A stretch of 64,000 nucleotides of DNA from Sagittula sp. (lineage in GTDB: Bacteria; Pseudomonadota; Alphaproteobacteria; Rhodobacterales; Rhodobacteraceae): NCBI GenBank assembly GCA_042088665.1, contig JBELMB010000004.1, forward strand, positions 5,054 to 69,053, given 5' to 3'. The notes under the pieces are model-generated. The model saw only the letters and a list, made by a program, of their open reading frames with translations. It was not told the origin of the DNA and ran no database searches. Numbering within the stretch: the stretch's first letter is position 1; the number at the start of each line of letters is the position of its first letter. This document shows, piece after piece, positions 37,684 through 51,812 of the stretch. The translations under genes were made by a program, and so were the position numbers.

Positions 37684-38922
37684 TCACAGCAACAGGCGCG
37701 GATCGCCCTCCATCTGCAATCCCGGAAAGAGGGAGGCTTCGATCACGTTGCGATCCAGCCCGAACAGCCCGTGGATCAGCCAGCCCAGATGCGCGCGCAA
37801 GTCCCGCGTCGGCATCAGATCGCGCCGGTCATAGAGGTCAGCCTCTGACAGGCCGGGCCAGTCCCCGATCACACGCCCCCCCTTCAGCGCGCCACCCGCA
37901 AGGATCATCGCACCACCGGTGCCATGGTCCGTGCCCTGTGTGCCATTCATCCGCGCCGTGCGGCCAAACTCGGTGACCGCCACCACGGTCGTACGTTCCC
38001 AGCGGCGCGCGCCCAACTCTGCCTGCAACGTCAGGATGGCCTCTGAAACGGCGCCAAGGGCCCGCCGCAAAGAGGCCTCCTGCCGCGCATGGGTGTCCCA
38101 GCCGTTGATCGAAAAGCTCGCGATGCTGGCATCCTTGCGCAACCGCTTGCCGGCGAATTCCGCCATGCGCTGCACCACGCTCTGGCCGCGGTTCGCCTGC
38201 ATGTCGGCCACCATCTGTGACATCATCTCTTCGCTGCCGCCGTCCAGCATCAGCGCATCGCCGTCTTCTTCGGCAAGGGCAAAGGCCGCGTTCAGCGCCG
38301 CTGTCATGGCCGGATCGTCCTGCATGACCAGGCGCGCCAGCCGGATCGCCTGCGGTGACAGCGCAAGATCGGCCTCGGGCGACCAGCGCGTGATCGGCGC
38401 AGGCCCGCCAAGGATCGCCAAAGGATCGTTGCCGATCGCATAGGCGGTTTCCGCTGTCGCCTCCGGCAACTGTTGCACCAACCGGTTGAGCCAGCCGTCG
38501 CGCACGGCATCGAGGTCGGCGTTTTCCGGGATGCCCGCCTCCAGCAGATCCTGCCCGTCAAAATGACTGCGCTTGTCGCGGTAAGGCGTCGACACCGCAT
38601 GCACAAAGCTCAGCTGCCCCGCCCGCCACAGCGGCATCAGCGGATGCAGCCCCGGGTGCAGCGCAAAAAACCCGTCCAGATCCGCCGCGCCCGTCTCACC
38701 GCCGATCTCGGGCGTGCCGCGCAGGGCCGCAAAGGCCGGATCGCCGTAGGGGGCCACCACCGACAGCCCGTCCATCCCCCCGCGCAACACGATCACCACC
38801 AGCCGCTGGTCCCCCGGCACCGCGGCAAAGCTGACCGGGGTCACCAGCGGGCTCGCCGCGAGAGAGCAGCCAAGCACTGCGCTGCGACTCAGAAAGGCAC
38901 GCCGGTTCAATGTCTTGTCCAT
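37684..38922 (-). CDS. DUF1501 domain protein (Tat-exported)
   Basis: Twin-arginine leader (NRRAFLSRSAVLGCSLAA). Sulfatase-like DUF1501 pattern (TEFGRT...GTDHG). Confidence 0.85.
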   Translation of the reverse strand: MDKTLNRRAFLSRSAVLGCSLAASPLVTPVSFAAVPGDQRLVVIVLRGGMDGLSVVAPYGDPAFAALRGTPEIGGETGAADLDGFFALHPGLHPLMPLWRAGQLSFVHAVSTPYRDKRSHFDGQDLLEAGIPENADLDAVRDGWLNRLVQQLPEATAETAYAIGNDPLAILGGPAPITRWSPEADLALSPQAIRLARLVMQDDPAMTAALNAAFALAEEDGDALMLDGGSEEMMSQMVADMQANRGQSVVQRMAEFAGKRLRKDASIASFSINGWDTHARQEASLRRALGAVSEAILTLQAELGARRWERTTVVAVTEFGRTARMNGTQGTDHGTGGAMILAGGALKGGRVIGDWPGLSEADLYDRRDLMPTRDLRAHLGWLIHGLFGLDRNVIEASLFPGLQMEGDPRLLL

Positions 38923-38925
38923 GGG

Positions 38926-40311
38926 TCAGGTCCTTTGAAACGCGGGGGAGGCCAGCACCATGCCGACACCGTCGGCGCGGCTTTCGGCGGCACTTGCAGC
39001 AAAACGCACGGCATCTGGCGCGTCCGGACCCAAGGCCGTGTCCACGAAACGCCGCGGGTCCGGCAGGGCGGACACCAAAAGCTGGGGCACCGCGATGGCC
39101 CATTGCAGCCGCGCCGCGACACCCTGCGGGGTGATCCACGCGCTGTCGGTCTCTTCCAGCCCGTCGGGGCCGTCGGGCTTTTGCCAGGTGTGTCCCATCA
39201 GCCGCATCGGCGTGTGGATGCGCTGTCGGAACTGGGCCTCGCTCAACTCGGCGAGCGCGGCATGCGGCACCGCCAGCGCCCGACAAGCCGACGCGACAAA
39301 ATCGAACGGCTGCTTGACGTTGCGCAGCTTGCGTGACCACGCGGCGGGGTGGTTCAGCAGCGCGTCATAGACCGCCATCAAATCACCGCCGGTCTCCTGC
39401 CAGCGCCCGGCGATGTGGTTCACCAGATCCGGATCCGGCGTGTCCGAGACAAAATGCACCGCCAGTTTGGCCGCCATGTGCTGCGCCGTCACCGGGTGCA
39501 CGGCAAGGTCGCGCAACACCGCCTCGATGTCGCGGAAATGCGGGTTCTTCGTGCCGCCATAGGTCTTGCCCAGCACCACTTCGGCCCCCGGTTCTGCCCG
39601 CCCCTTGAGAAACTTGCGCCCGTTGTTGGAGCTGTGCGTGAGCCCGGTCAGCAGCTCCGCCAGTTCGCGCACATCGACCTGCGTATAGGGCCCGCCGACG
39701 CCCAGCGTGTGCAGCTCCAGAATTTCGCGGGCGAGGTTCTCGTTCATGCCGCGCTTTTCGGGGTTCTTCAGCGCACTGGGCGAGTTGGGGCCAAAGGACC
39801 GGTTCTGGTCGAGGTAATCCTGCATCACCGGATGCGTCACCGCGGCGATCAGCAGATCCTCGAATCGGCCGGTCAGATGCGGGCGCAGCGCGCTTTGCAT
39901 GTAAGGCGAGGTCGCGCGGCGCAGCAGCCCCTGTTTGCCCGTCGCCGTAAAATGATCCGCCCAGAAAAACACCAGCCGCTCGCGCAGCGGAGTCCCTGTC
40001 CCGACCCGGCGCGAGATATGCGCGGCCATCCACTTCAGATGGTCCTCGCGGGCAATCCGGTTCAGCACGCGGATCGCCTTGCGCGCGGCCTGCGCCGCCT
40101 CGCTGCCGCGGTTCTTGCGCCGCACATCCGCCTCGACGTTGCGGGCGATGATCCGCTGGCGAAAGCTGGGGTAATCCTCGATGGGAAATTGCACCGCCAT
40201 GGGGTCCGCGCCCAGAAGGCCCGCCAACATGGCGGGTACATCCGTCGGGGGCGGCACATCGGGGGACAGCCCGCAGCCAAAGCGGGTTTCGGCAAGGATG
40301 GGATCGAACAT
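38926..40311 (-). CDS. DUF1800 domain protein
   Basis: 461 aa. FWADHFT and ELHTLGV motifs. It is the usual partner found upstream of DUF1501. Confidence 0.82.
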   Translation of the reverse strand: MFDPILAETRFGCGLSPDVPPPTDVPAMLAGLLGADPMAVQFPIEDYPSFRQRIIARNVEADVRRKNRGSEAAQAARKAIRVLNRIAREDHLKWMAAHISRRVGTGTPLRERLVFFWADHFTATGKQGLLRRATSPYMQSALRPHLTGRFEDLLIAAVTHPVMQDYLDQNRSFGPNSPSALKNPEKRGMNENLAREILELHTLGVGGPYTQVDVRELAELLTGLTHSSNNGRKFLKGRAEPGAEVVLGKTYGGTKNPHFRDIEAVLRDLAVHPVTAQHMAAKLAVHFVSDTPDPDLVNHIAGRWQETGGDLMAVYDALLNHPAAWSRKLRNVKQPFDFVASACRALAVPHAALAELSEAQFRQRIHTPMRLMGHTWQKPDGPDGLEETDSAWITPQGVAARLQWAIAVPQLLVSALPDPRRFVDTALGPDAPDAVRFAASAAESRADGVGMVLASPAFQRT

Positions 40312-40563
40312 GAACGCGCCTGTGATTTTTCCCGCATCCTACGCGAGACGGCCGGGAATTTCACGGCTTCCGCAGGGCAGCGGCAAAAAGGCGCCGGATT
40401 GCCCGACCCATGCGCGGGGACTTGCCCCGCTGCCTGCAAAGACGCCATGCACGGGGTCGGTGACGTCACCGCGCGCATGAAGGGTGATGCCCCCGCGCGC
40501 ATGAAAAAAGGGCCGCCGAAGCCGCCCTTTTCCAATCAATGTTCCGGGCCGTCAGGCGCCTGT

Positions 40564-42420
40564 TCAGTCCTGCGGGATCACGCGCAGCGACAGCTCCATC
40601 AGCTGGTCCGAAGACGGGTCCGACGGGGCGCTCATCATCAGGTCCTCGGCGCGTTGGTTCATCGGGAACATGATGACCTCGCGGATGTTCGACGTGCCCG
40701 CCAGCAGCATCACGATCCGGTCAATGCCCGCAGCACAGCCGCCGTGCGGCGGGGCGCCAAAGTGGAACGCATTGTACAGCGCGCCAAAGCGGTTCTTGAC
40801 CTCGTCCTCGCCGTAGCCCGCCAGTTCAAAGGCCTTCAGCATCACGTCCGGCTTGTGGTTCCTGATCGCGCCGGAGACCAGCTCATAGCCGTTGCAGGCC
40901 AGATCGTACTGGAAGCCCCGGACCGCCAGCGGATCGCCCATCAGCGCGTCCATCCCGCCCTGCGGCATGGAAAACGGGTTGTGCTCGAAATCGACCGCGC
41001 CGGTCTCTTCGTCCTGCTCGTAGATCGGAAAATCCACGATCCATGCAAAGGCAAAGCGGTTCTCGTCGATCAGCTTCAACTCGTGACCCAGCGTGTCGCG
41101 CGCCTTTCCGGCCACGCGCTGGAAGGCCGCAGGCTTGCCACCGAGGAAGAAGGCCGCATCGCCCACGTCCAGTCCAAGCTGCTGGCGGATCGCCTCGGTG
41201 CGCTCCGGGCCGATGTTCTTGGCCAGCGGACCGGCGGCTTCCATGCCACCGGCAATCTCGCCGGATTTCATCTTGGCCTGTGCTTCCTTGACCTTGATGC
41301 CCAGCTCCTGTGCGACCGCATCGGCGGTCTTCTCGCGCCAAAAGATGTAGCCCATCCCCGGCAGGCCCTCTTTCTGGGCCCAGGCGTTCATCCGGTCGCA
41401 GAACTTGCGCGACCCGCCGCCCGGCGCCGGGATGGCGCGGATCTGGGTGCCGTCCTGTTCCAGCAGCTTGGCAAAGATCGCAAAACCGGAGCCCGCGAAA
41501 TGCTCTGACACGACCTGCATCTCGATCGGGTTGCGCAGGTCCGGCTTGTCGGTGCCGTATTTCAGCGCCGCCTCGGCATAGGGGATCTGCGGCCAGCTTG
41601 CGGGATCGTCGACCACCTTGCCTTCGCCGAACTCTTCGAACACCCCGGCAATCACCGGCGAGACGGTGTCAAACACGTCCTGCTGCGTGACAAAGCTCAT
41701 CTCGACGTCGAGCTGGTAGAAATCCGTGGGCGAGCGGTCGGCGCGCGGGTCCTCGTCGCGGAAACAGGGCGCGATCTGGAAATACTTGTCGTAGCCAGAG
41801 ACCATGATCAGCTGCTTGAACTGCTGCGGCGCCTGCGGCAGCGCGTAGAACTTGCCCGGATGCAAGCGCGACGGCACAAGGAAATCGCGCGCGCCCTCGG
41901 GCGAGGAGGCGGTGATGATCGGCGTCTGGAATTCGCGGAAATCCTTCGCCCACATGCGTTTGCGGATCGAGGCCACAACGTCGGACCGCAGCGTCATGGA
42001 CTTTTGCATCGCCTCGCGCCGCAGGTCCAGATAGCGGTACCGCAGGCGGGTTTCCTCGGGGTATTCCTGATCGCCAAAGACCATCAGGGGCAGCTCGTCT
42101 GCCGCGCCAAGGACTTCCAGATCGCGGACAAAGACCTCGACTTCGCCGGTGGCCAGCTTGGGGTTCACAAGGCTTTCGTCGCGCGCCTTCACGTTGCCGT
42201 CGATGCGGATGCACCACTCGGACCGGACCTTTTCCATCTCGGCAAAGACCGGGCTGTCGGGGTCACACAGAACCTGCGTCGTGCCGTAGTGGTCGCGCAG
42301 ATCGACGAAAAGCACGCCGCCATGATCTCGGATGCGGTGCACCCAGCCGGACAGGCGGACGGTGTCGCCCACATTGGCCTTGGTCAGATCGGCGCAGGTG
42401 TGGCTCCGGTAGGCGTGCAT
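40564..42420 (-). CDS. aspS: aspartate--tRNA ligase
   Basis: [12 protein letters not shown]...[22 protein letters not shown] plus class II motifs. The start is set at the internal ATG 42420. Confidence 0.93.
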   Translation of the reverse strand: MHAYRSHTCADLTKANVGDTVRLSGWVHRIRDHGGVLFVDLRDHYGTTQVLCDPDSPVFAEMEKVRSEWCIRIDGNVKARDESLVNPKLATGEVEVFVRDLEVLGAADELPLMVFGDQEYPEETRLRYRYLDLRREAMQKSMTLRSDVVASIRKRMWAKDFREFQTPIITASSPEGARDFLVPSRLHPGKFYALPQAPQQFKQLIMVSGYDKYFQIAPCFRDEDPRADRSPTDFYQLDVEMSFVTQQDVFDTVSPVIAGVFEEFGEGKVVDDPASWPQIPYAEAALKYGTDKPDLRNPIEMQVVSEHFAGSGFAIFAKLLEQDGTQIRAIPAPGGGSRKFCDRMNAWAQKEGLPGMGYIFWREKTADAVAQELGIKVKEAQAKMKSGEIAGGMEAAGPLAKNIGPERTEAIRQQLGLDVGDAAFFLGGKPAAFQRVAGKARDTLGHELKLIDENRFAFAWIVDFPIYEQDEETGAVDFEHNPFSMPQGGMDALMGDPLAVRGFQYDLACNGYELVSGAIRNHKPDVMLKAFELAGYGEDEVKNRFGALYNAFHFGAPPHGGCAAGIDRIVMLLAGTSNIREVIMFPMNQRAEDLMMSAPSDPSSDQLMELSLRVIPQD

Positions 42421-42901
42421 TTTGGGCTCCTCGCATGGGGGGTAGATCCGCGCCGATACACCGCGCCCCGGCCAGAAAGTCAAGCAAAGAGGGCAGGCGC
42501 GCGCCGCTGCTCCTGCCCGCACTGTGACGCCATGACAGGGCTGGTTTCCAAAGCCCCTGAGGATCGGGTGAGGACCGCGCAGGGCGCGCCTCTCGCCGTC
42601 ACCCCTGCTTCGATGGAAAACAGCCGCTGTCGCGCCGGGCCTCGTTGCGCAGGGGCCGGATCAGCGCGCAAGGCACCGGGTCAGGCCGCGCGGCAAAATC
42701 TGCGCCGCAGGGGGCAGATAGAACGCCGCTGCCACCGGGATCATGCAATAAGGCAGGCGCAGGGGTGACCAGGGATCGAATCCCGGGGCCAGAGCGCCAC
42801 AGAGCCGCAGCCGATCCGGCCTTGAACCCGGCCTCTGGGCGCGTATAACCCGCTCCAATTTGGGCAATGCCGCCTGCGTGCCAGAAATTCCGGGGACCCC
42901 T

Positions 42902-46258
<3,357 letters not shown>

Positions 46259-46267
46259 ACCGGGCCA

Positions 46268-46290
46268 GCCGGAGCGGTGATCGCTCCGGC
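46268..46290 (+). terminator. hairpin after carB
   Basis: GCCGGAGCG-GTGAT-CGCTCCGGC, a 9-bp stem 10 nt after the stop. No U-tract follows. Confidence 0.35.
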
Positions 46291-46501
46291 AGAGGCATCC
46301 TCGTTGGAAACTGCCGCACAAAGACAGGCCTGCGCCGATCGCATCTGCCTGCCGTCTTGAGTTTGCGAAACCGGACGGGGCCTGGGGTGCCCCAAAATCA
46401 CGCCTTTTGGGTGGGCGCAGCCGGGACGCTCTGTGCACGGCGCGGCATCCGGCGACTTCCGCTCCTGTGCATAGGCTGATCTGGCGCTGCCCCGGTCGTC
46501 G

Positions 46502-46570
46502 CCAGCCAGTGTTTCCCAGCCTGTGTTTTCCGGCCCGTGTTTTCCGGCCCGTGTTTTTCGACCTGTCCCA
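46502..46570. repeat. tandem 14-bp repeats (CCRGCCNGTGTTTY), about 4-5 copies
   Basis: The copies read ccagccagtgtttc, ccagcctgtgtttt, ccggcccgtgtttt, ccggcccgtgtttt and tcgacctgtccca. Confidence 0.8.
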
Positions 46571-46651
46571 CAGGCAGGCCCCGGCGGCGGTGTCAGCCAA
46601 ACGTGCAAACGTCACTTTCCCTGACGTAGCAGGGCCCTACCTGACGCAACG

Positions 46652-47464
46652 ATGTCAGAGCCTTCGCCCCTCACCCGTCTCCTGACCCTCGCCACCGGCG
46701 TGCTGTCCCCGCCGCCCGGTCGTGGGCGCATCGTCATGGCCTTTGCCTACGGGCTGCTCTGTCACACGGTCTTTGCTGCGGCGGTTCTGGCGATGATCCT
46801 CGCGATGTTCTTTGGCATGAGCGAGAGCCTCGGCGCCGTGCCATGGCCATGGGCGGCGCTGGCCAATCTGGCGCTCGTGATGCAGTTCCCGTTGGGGCAC
46901 TCGCTCTTGCTGACGGGACCGGGCGGTCGCTTGCTGGCCCGGCTTGCGCCCGCGCCGCACGGGCAGACGCTGGCCACCACCACCTACGCGATGATCGCCT
47001 CGTTGCAACTTCTGGCGCTGTTTGCGCTCTGGACGCCCAGCGGCATTGTCTGGTGGCGCGCCGAAGGGAGCGCGCTCTGGGGCATCGCGACGCTCTATGC
47101 CGCGGCATGGCTCTTGCTGATCAAGGCGAGCTATGACGCCGGGGCCGAAGTGCAATCCGGCGCGCTGGGCTGGATGTCTCTGGCCGCCAAGCGCCGCCCG
47201 GTCTTTCCCGACATGCCCACCGGCGGACTGTTCCGCCTGATCCGCCAACCGATCTACGTGGCCTTTGCGCTGACGCTCTGGCTGGTGCCGGTCTGGACAC
47301 CGGACCAATTGGGACTCGCGCTGGGCCTGACCGCCTACTGCCTGCTCGCCCCCCGTCTGAAGGAACGCCGGTTCAAGACCCGCTACGGAGACCGCTTTGA
47401 GACATACCGCGCGGCCACCCCCTATGCGCTGCCGCGTCTCGGGTTTGGCAAGGGGCGTCTGTGA
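46652..47464 (+). CDS. membrane methyltransferase-family protein (ICMT/PEMT-like)
   Basis: Multi-pass membrane protein. The C-terminal GGLFRLIRQPIYVAFALTLW resembles the ICMT/PEMT motif. Confidence 0.6.
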   Translation: MSEPSPLTRLLTLATGVLSPPPGRGRIVMAFAYGLLCHTVFAAAVLAMILAMFFGMSESLGAVPWPWAALANLALVMQFPLGHSLLLTGPGGRLLARLAPAPHGQTLATTTYAMIASLQLLALFALWTPSGIVWWRAEGSALWGIATLYAAAWLLLIKASYDAGAEVQSGALGWMSLAAKRRPVFPDMPTGGLFRLIRQPIYVAFALTLWLVPVWTPDQLGLALGLTAYCLLAPRLKERRFKTRYGDRFETYRAATPYALPRLGFGKGRL

Positions 47465-47588
47465 GCAGGCCCGCGCGCGGTCAAGGGGCTTTGAGCAGGC
47501 ATTTGGCCCCCGATCCAGACCGGCCTCACGCAATCGTGAGAGCCCATTCTCCCCCGTCCTGCAGCCCGCAAAGGCCCCGCGTCCAATC

Positions 47589-47701
47589 TGTACCAAAAGC
47601 GCCCCGTTTTGTACCAAACCGCGCCGGCCACGCGCCCTTGCCCACGATCCGGCCCAGGGTGAGGCGCAGCAATATGTACCAAACGCGCGCCCTTTTGTAC
47701 C
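47589..47701. repeat. two ~30-bp repeat modules, each carrying two TGTACC direct repeats 21 bp apart
   Basis: TGTACC at 47589, 47610, 47675 and 47696. The modules tgtaccaaaagcgccccgttttgtaccaaa and tgtaccaaacgcgcgcccttttgtaccgat match at 25 of 30 positions. Confidence 0.8.
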
Positions 47702-47838
47702 GATTGATGCCTGCAAGGCAGCCGTTTTGCGCAGGCGCGACCGCGGTTAACGCCGCGTGCGCCGCGTCAACCATTGGCCTCTCCCCTTCTCGTGCAACCC
47801 CTGCTAAACCCCCGCCAAAGCGATAGGAGACCGCCCGC

Positions 47839-49344
47839 ATGAAACCCGTCATCCTTTGCATTCTCGATGGTTGGGGCCTGAGCGAAGACACCACCGCCAA
47901 CGCGCCATTGCTCGCCAACACGCCGACCATCGACAGGCTGACACAGACCTGCCCAAACGCGACCCTGATCACCCATGGGCCCGATGTGGGCCTGCCGACG
48001 GGACAGATGGGCAACTCCGAGGTGGGGCACACCAATATCGGCGCGGGCCGGGTGGTCGCCATGGATCTGGGCCAGATCGACCTTGCCGTCGAGGATGGAT
48101 CCTTCTTTGAAAACAGCAGCATACTGGATTTCGCAGAGGCGGTTCAAACCGCCGGGGGCCGCGCGCATGTCATGGGTCTGACCTCTGACGGCGGCGTGCA
48201 TTCCCACTCCGTGCACCTTCTGGCGGCTTGCAAGGCGCTGACCGACAAGGGGCTTTCCGTTGCCGTGCATGTGATCACAGATGGCCGCGACGTCGCCCCG
48301 GAGTCCGCCGCCACGCAGGTCGCCGCGTTTGAGGCCGCGCTGCCGGAGGGCGCCGAAATCGTCAGCGTCTCCGGGCGCTACTACGCGATGGACCGCGACA
48401 CCCGTTGGGAGCGCGTCGAACTGGCTTACCGCGCCATGGTCGACGCAGAGGGCGCCGTGTTTCCGGATGCCCTGACAGGAATAGATGCAAGCTATGTGGC
48501 TGATATAAAAGATGAATTTGTAAGACCCCTTGTGATCGAAGGCTTCGCCGGGATCCAACCGGGCGACGGCATCTTCTTCACCAATTTCCGGGCTGACCGC
48601 GCGCGCGAGATCCTCGCAGCCATCGGTGACCCCGCGTTCGACGGGTTCGCACGTGATCCGGTGCCACTGTCCGGATTGCTCGGCATGGTCGAATACTCCG
48701 ACAGTCACAGCACCTATATGACCACCGCCTACCCCAAGCGCGAGATCGTCAACACCCTTGGCGCATGGGTGGCATCGCAGGGCAAGACGCAGTTCCGGCT
48801 GGCCGAGACCGAGAAATACCCCCATGTCACCTTCTTCCTGAACGGCGGCGTCGAGACGCCCGACCCGAACGAAGATCGCTTCATGCCGAAATCCCCAAAG
48901 GTGGCCACCTATGATCTGCAACCGGAGATGTCCGCGGGCGAGGTCACGCAAAAACTCCTTGAGGCCATCGGGTCCGGCTACGATCTGATCGTGGTGAATT
49001 ATGCCAATCCGGATATGGTGGGGCACACAGGGGATCTGCAGGCCGCGATCAAGGCGTGCGAGACCGTGGATCAAGGGCTGGGTCAGGTGGTGACCAAGCT
49101 TGAAGAGACGGGAGGCGCGCTCTTGGTGATCGCCGATCACGGCAACTGCGAAACCATGGTGGACCCGGTCACCGGCGGGCCACACACGGCGCATACCACG
49201 AACCTTGTGCCGGTGATCCTGCATGGCGGACCGGCGGGTGCGGCGCTGCGCGACGGGCGGCTTGCGGATGTGGCGCCGACGCTCTTGCAACTGATGGGCC
49301 TGCCGCAACCCGATGAGATGACCGGGGAGAGCCTGATCCAGTGA
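47839..49344 (+). CDS. gpmI: 2,3-bisphosphoglycerate-independent phosphoglycerate mutase
   Basis: MKPVILCILDGWGL...GNSEVGHTNIGAGR... 501 aa. Confidence 0.95.
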   Translation: MKPVILCILDGWGLSEDTTANAPLLANTPTIDRLTQTCPNATLITHGPDVGLPTGQMGNSEVGHTNIGAGRVVAMDLGQIDLAVEDGSFFENSSILDFAEAVQTAGGRAHVMGLTSDGGVHSHSVHLLAACKALTDKGLSVAVHVITDGRDVAPESAATQVAAFEAALPEGAEIVSVSGRYYAMDRDTRWERVELAYRAMVDAEGAVFPDALTGIDASYVADIKDEFVRPLVIEGFAGIQPGDGIFFTNFRADRAREILAAIGDPAFDGFARDPVPLSGLLGMVEYSDSHSTYMTTAYPKREIVNTLGAWVASQGKTQFRLAETEKYPHVTFFLNGGVETPDPNEDRFMPKSPKVATYDLQPEMSAGEVTQKLLEAIGSGYDLIVVNYANPDMVGHTGDLQAAIKACETVDQGLGQVVTKLEETGGALLVIADHGNCETMVDPVTGGPHTAHTTNLVPVILHGGPAGAALRDGRLADVAPTLLQLMGLPQPDEMTGESLIQ

Positions 49345-50474
49345 CGCGGCGCGGGGGCATTCTGGCGATCTGCTGTGCCTTGCTTCTGAGCGGGGCTTTC
49401 TCAGGTGCCGGACAGGCGCAGGAGTCTGGCCGCGCGGCGCAGGACGCAGCCGAGGCGCTGCAGGCGGCCTCTGTCCTTCTGGACACGGCCGAAGGCGCGC
49501 AGGACCGTGTCGCGGCCCTGACCGAAACGGTGCGCGCCTACGAGGACGGCTTGGCCGCGATGCGTGAGGGGTTGCGCCGCGCCGCCATCCGAGAGACCGA
49601 GTTGAGCCGACGTCTTGAGGCGCAAGAGGCTGAAATTGCGCAGCTTTTGGGGGTGTTGACCGCCATGGGCGGGCGCGCGTCCCCCGGGGCGCTGGTGCAT
49701 CCGCAGGGTCCTTTGGGCACAGCAAGATCCGGCATGCTGGTGGCGGCGGTGACACCGGGGCTGGCCGCGCAGGCCGCAGCGTTGCAGAATGATCTGACCG
49801 AAGTCAGCGCCCTGCGGGCCCTGCAACAGAACGCCGCCTCGCGCCTGTCCGAGGGGCTGTCCGGTGTTCAGGCCGCGCGCACCGCGCTCAGTCAGGCGAT
49901 CGCCGACCGGACCGATCTGCCGCGCCGCTTCACCGAGGACCCGGTGCGCACCGCGATCCTGATTTCGGCAACGGAGACGCTGCAGGGCTTTGCCTCCGGT
50001 CTCAGCCAGATCGCCGAGGACGAAAGCGGCCCGGCGCTGCCCGACATCCGGTCTCTTGCCGGCAGTCTGCCCCTGCCGGTGCGCGGTGTGATCCTGCGCC
50101 GCGCCGGGGATCCGGACGCGGCTGGCGTCTCGCGCCCCGGGATCGTGGTCGCCACCCGGCCCGGCGCGCTGGTCACCACGCCCACGGCCGCGACCATTCG
50201 CTACAACGGGCCTTTGCTGGACTATGGCCTCGTCACGATCCTCGAACCGCAGCAGAACGTGCTCTTTGTGCTGGCCGGGATGGAAGTCGTTTACGGCGAG
50301 ATCGGCCAGGTTTTGCCACCAGGAAGCCCGGTTGGTCTGATGGGTGGGGTGGGAAATCGGTCAACTCCCGGTGAAGGGGGTGGCGCAGGTCGTACGGAAA
50401 CGCTCTATATAGAGGTCAGAGAGGGCGATGCGCCCAACGATCCGCTTTTGTGGTTCGCAACCGACAAGGGATGA
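49341..50474 (+). CDS. murein hydrolase activator / M23 peptidase-family protein (EnvC-like)
   Basis: Signal peptide, coiled-coil N-half, and a C-terminal LytM-like region. GTGA overlap with gpmI. Confidence 0.75.
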   Translation: MTRRGGILAICCALLLSGAFSGAGQAQESGRAAQDAAEALQAASVLLDTAEGAQDRVAALTETVRAYEDGLAAMREGLRRAAIRETELSRRLEAQEAEIAQLLGVLTAMGGRASPGALVHPQGPLGTARSGMLVAAVTPGLAAQAAALQNDLTEVSALRALQQNAASRLSEGLSGVQAARTALSQAIADRTDLPRRFTEDPVRTAILISATETLQGFASGLSQIAEDESGPALPDIRSLAGSLPLPVRGVILRRAGDPDAAGVSRPGIVVATRPGALVTTPTAATIRYNGPLLDYGLVTILEPQQNVLFVLAGMEVVYGEIGQVLPPGSPVGLMGGVGNRSTPGEGGGAGRTETLYIEVREGDAPNDPLLWFATDKG

Positions 50475-50477
50475 TAC

Positions 50478-51812
50478 ATGCAGAAATTCGTGATGGCCGC
50501 CCTCGCGGGCACCTTGGCCTCCGTGGTCGCGACCACGCAATTCGTGGGTCCGCTTCTGGCCCAGGAAACCAACCGCCCATCCAGCGTCTACCAGCAGCTG
50601 GACCTGTTCGGCGATATTTTTGAGCGGATTCGCGCGCAGTACGTCGAAGACGTGGACGAGTCGGATCTGATCGAGGCCGCCATCAACGGGATGCTGACCT
50701 CGCTGGATCCGCATTCCAGCTATCTGCCGCCCGACGATGCGGCTGACATGCGCGTGCAGACGCGCGGCGAATTCGGTGGTCTCGGGATTGAGGTCACGCA
50801 AGAGGACGGCTTTGTAAAGGTCGTCTCGCCCATCGACGGGACGCCCGCGATGGAAGCCGGAATCGAAGCGGGGGATGTCATCACCCATGTCGACGGCGAT
50901 TCCGTGCTGGGTCTGACACTGGACCAGGCGGTGGACCTGATGCGTGGGCCTGTCGGCTCCGAGATCATGATCACCGTGGTGCGCGAAGGCGAGGACGAAC
51001 CATTTGACGTCTCGATCATCCGTGACGTGATCCAGCTGACGGCGGCACGGTCGCGCCTGCAGGGCGACACCGTGGTGCTGCGCGTGACAACGTTCAACGA
51101 TCAGACCTATCCGCAGATGTCCGAAGGTCTCGCCAAGGAGATCGAGAACGCCGGTGGCATGGACAGTGTCAACGGCGTGGTCCTGGATCTGCGCAACAAC
51201 CCCGGCGGGCTGCTGACGCAGGCGATCCGTGTGGCGGATGCCTTCCTTGAGAAGGGCGAGATCGTCTCGACCCGTGGCCGTGACCCGGCGGACGGAGATC
51301 GCTACAACGCAAAGCCGGGTGACCTTGCCGACGGCAAGCCGCTGGTGGTGCTGATCAACGGTGGCTCTGCCTCCGCATCCGAGATTGTCGCGGGCGCGCT
51401 GCAGGACCATCGTCGCGCCATCGTGGTGGGCACCAAGAGCTTTGGCAAAGGCTCTGTCCAGACGGTGATGCCGCTGCGCGGGGACGGTGCCATGCGCCTG
51501 ACCACGGCGCGGTATTACACGCCGTCGGGACGTTCGATCCAGTCGCTTGGGGTGTCTCCCGACATCGTGGTGGAACAGCCGCGCCGCCGCCCTGACGCGG
51601 AAGAGGAAGAAGAGACGAACCGCTTCTCCCGCTCCGAGGCAGACCTGCGTGGCAGCCTCGACAACGACAGCCTGACGCCCGAAGAGATCGAACAGATCGA
51701 AGCGGACCGCGAAAAGGCCGAGGCCGCCGCGGCGCTGCGCGAAGAGGATTATCAGCTGGCCTATGCCATCGACATCCTCAAGGGCCTGTCCGCGCTCGGT
51801 CCTCAGGACTGA
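50478..51812 (+). CDS. ctpA: S41 carboxy-terminal processing peptidase
   Basis: PDZ segment (GGLGIEV...GDVITHVDG) and the S41 core (NNPGGLL...GSASASEIVAGALQD...GKGSVQ). Confidence 0.92.
   Translation: MQKFVMAALAGTLASVVATTQFVGPLLAQETNRPSSVYQQLDLFGDIFERIRAQYVEDVDESDLIEAAINGMLTSLDPHSSYLPPDDAADMRVQTRGEFGGLGIEVTQEDGFVKVVSPIDGTPAMEAGIEAGDVITHVDGDSVLGLTLDQAVDLMRGPVGSEIMITVVREGEDEPFDVSIIRDVIQLTAARSRLQGDTVVLRVTTFNDQTYPQMSEGLAKEIENAGGMDSVNGVVLDLRNNPGGLLTQAIRVADAFLEKGEIVSTRGRDPADGDRYNAKPGDLADGKPLVVLINGGSASASEIVAGALQDHRRAIVVGTKSFGKGSVQTVMPLRGDGAMRLTTARYYTPSGRSIQSLGVSPDIVVEQPRRRPDAEEEEETNRFSRSEADLRGSLDNDSLTPEEIEQIEADREKAEAAAALREEDYQLAYAIDILKGLSALGPQD

Noticed and set aside
42768-42812. tRNA T-arm-like motif GGGATCGAATCCC followed by ...GCGCCA, in the aspS-carB divergent spacer
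   Set aside because: I could not build a matching 5-prime acceptor strand, D-arm or anticodon arm on either strand. At most this is a decayed tRNA fragment. A tRNAscan-SE or ARAGORN run would settle it.
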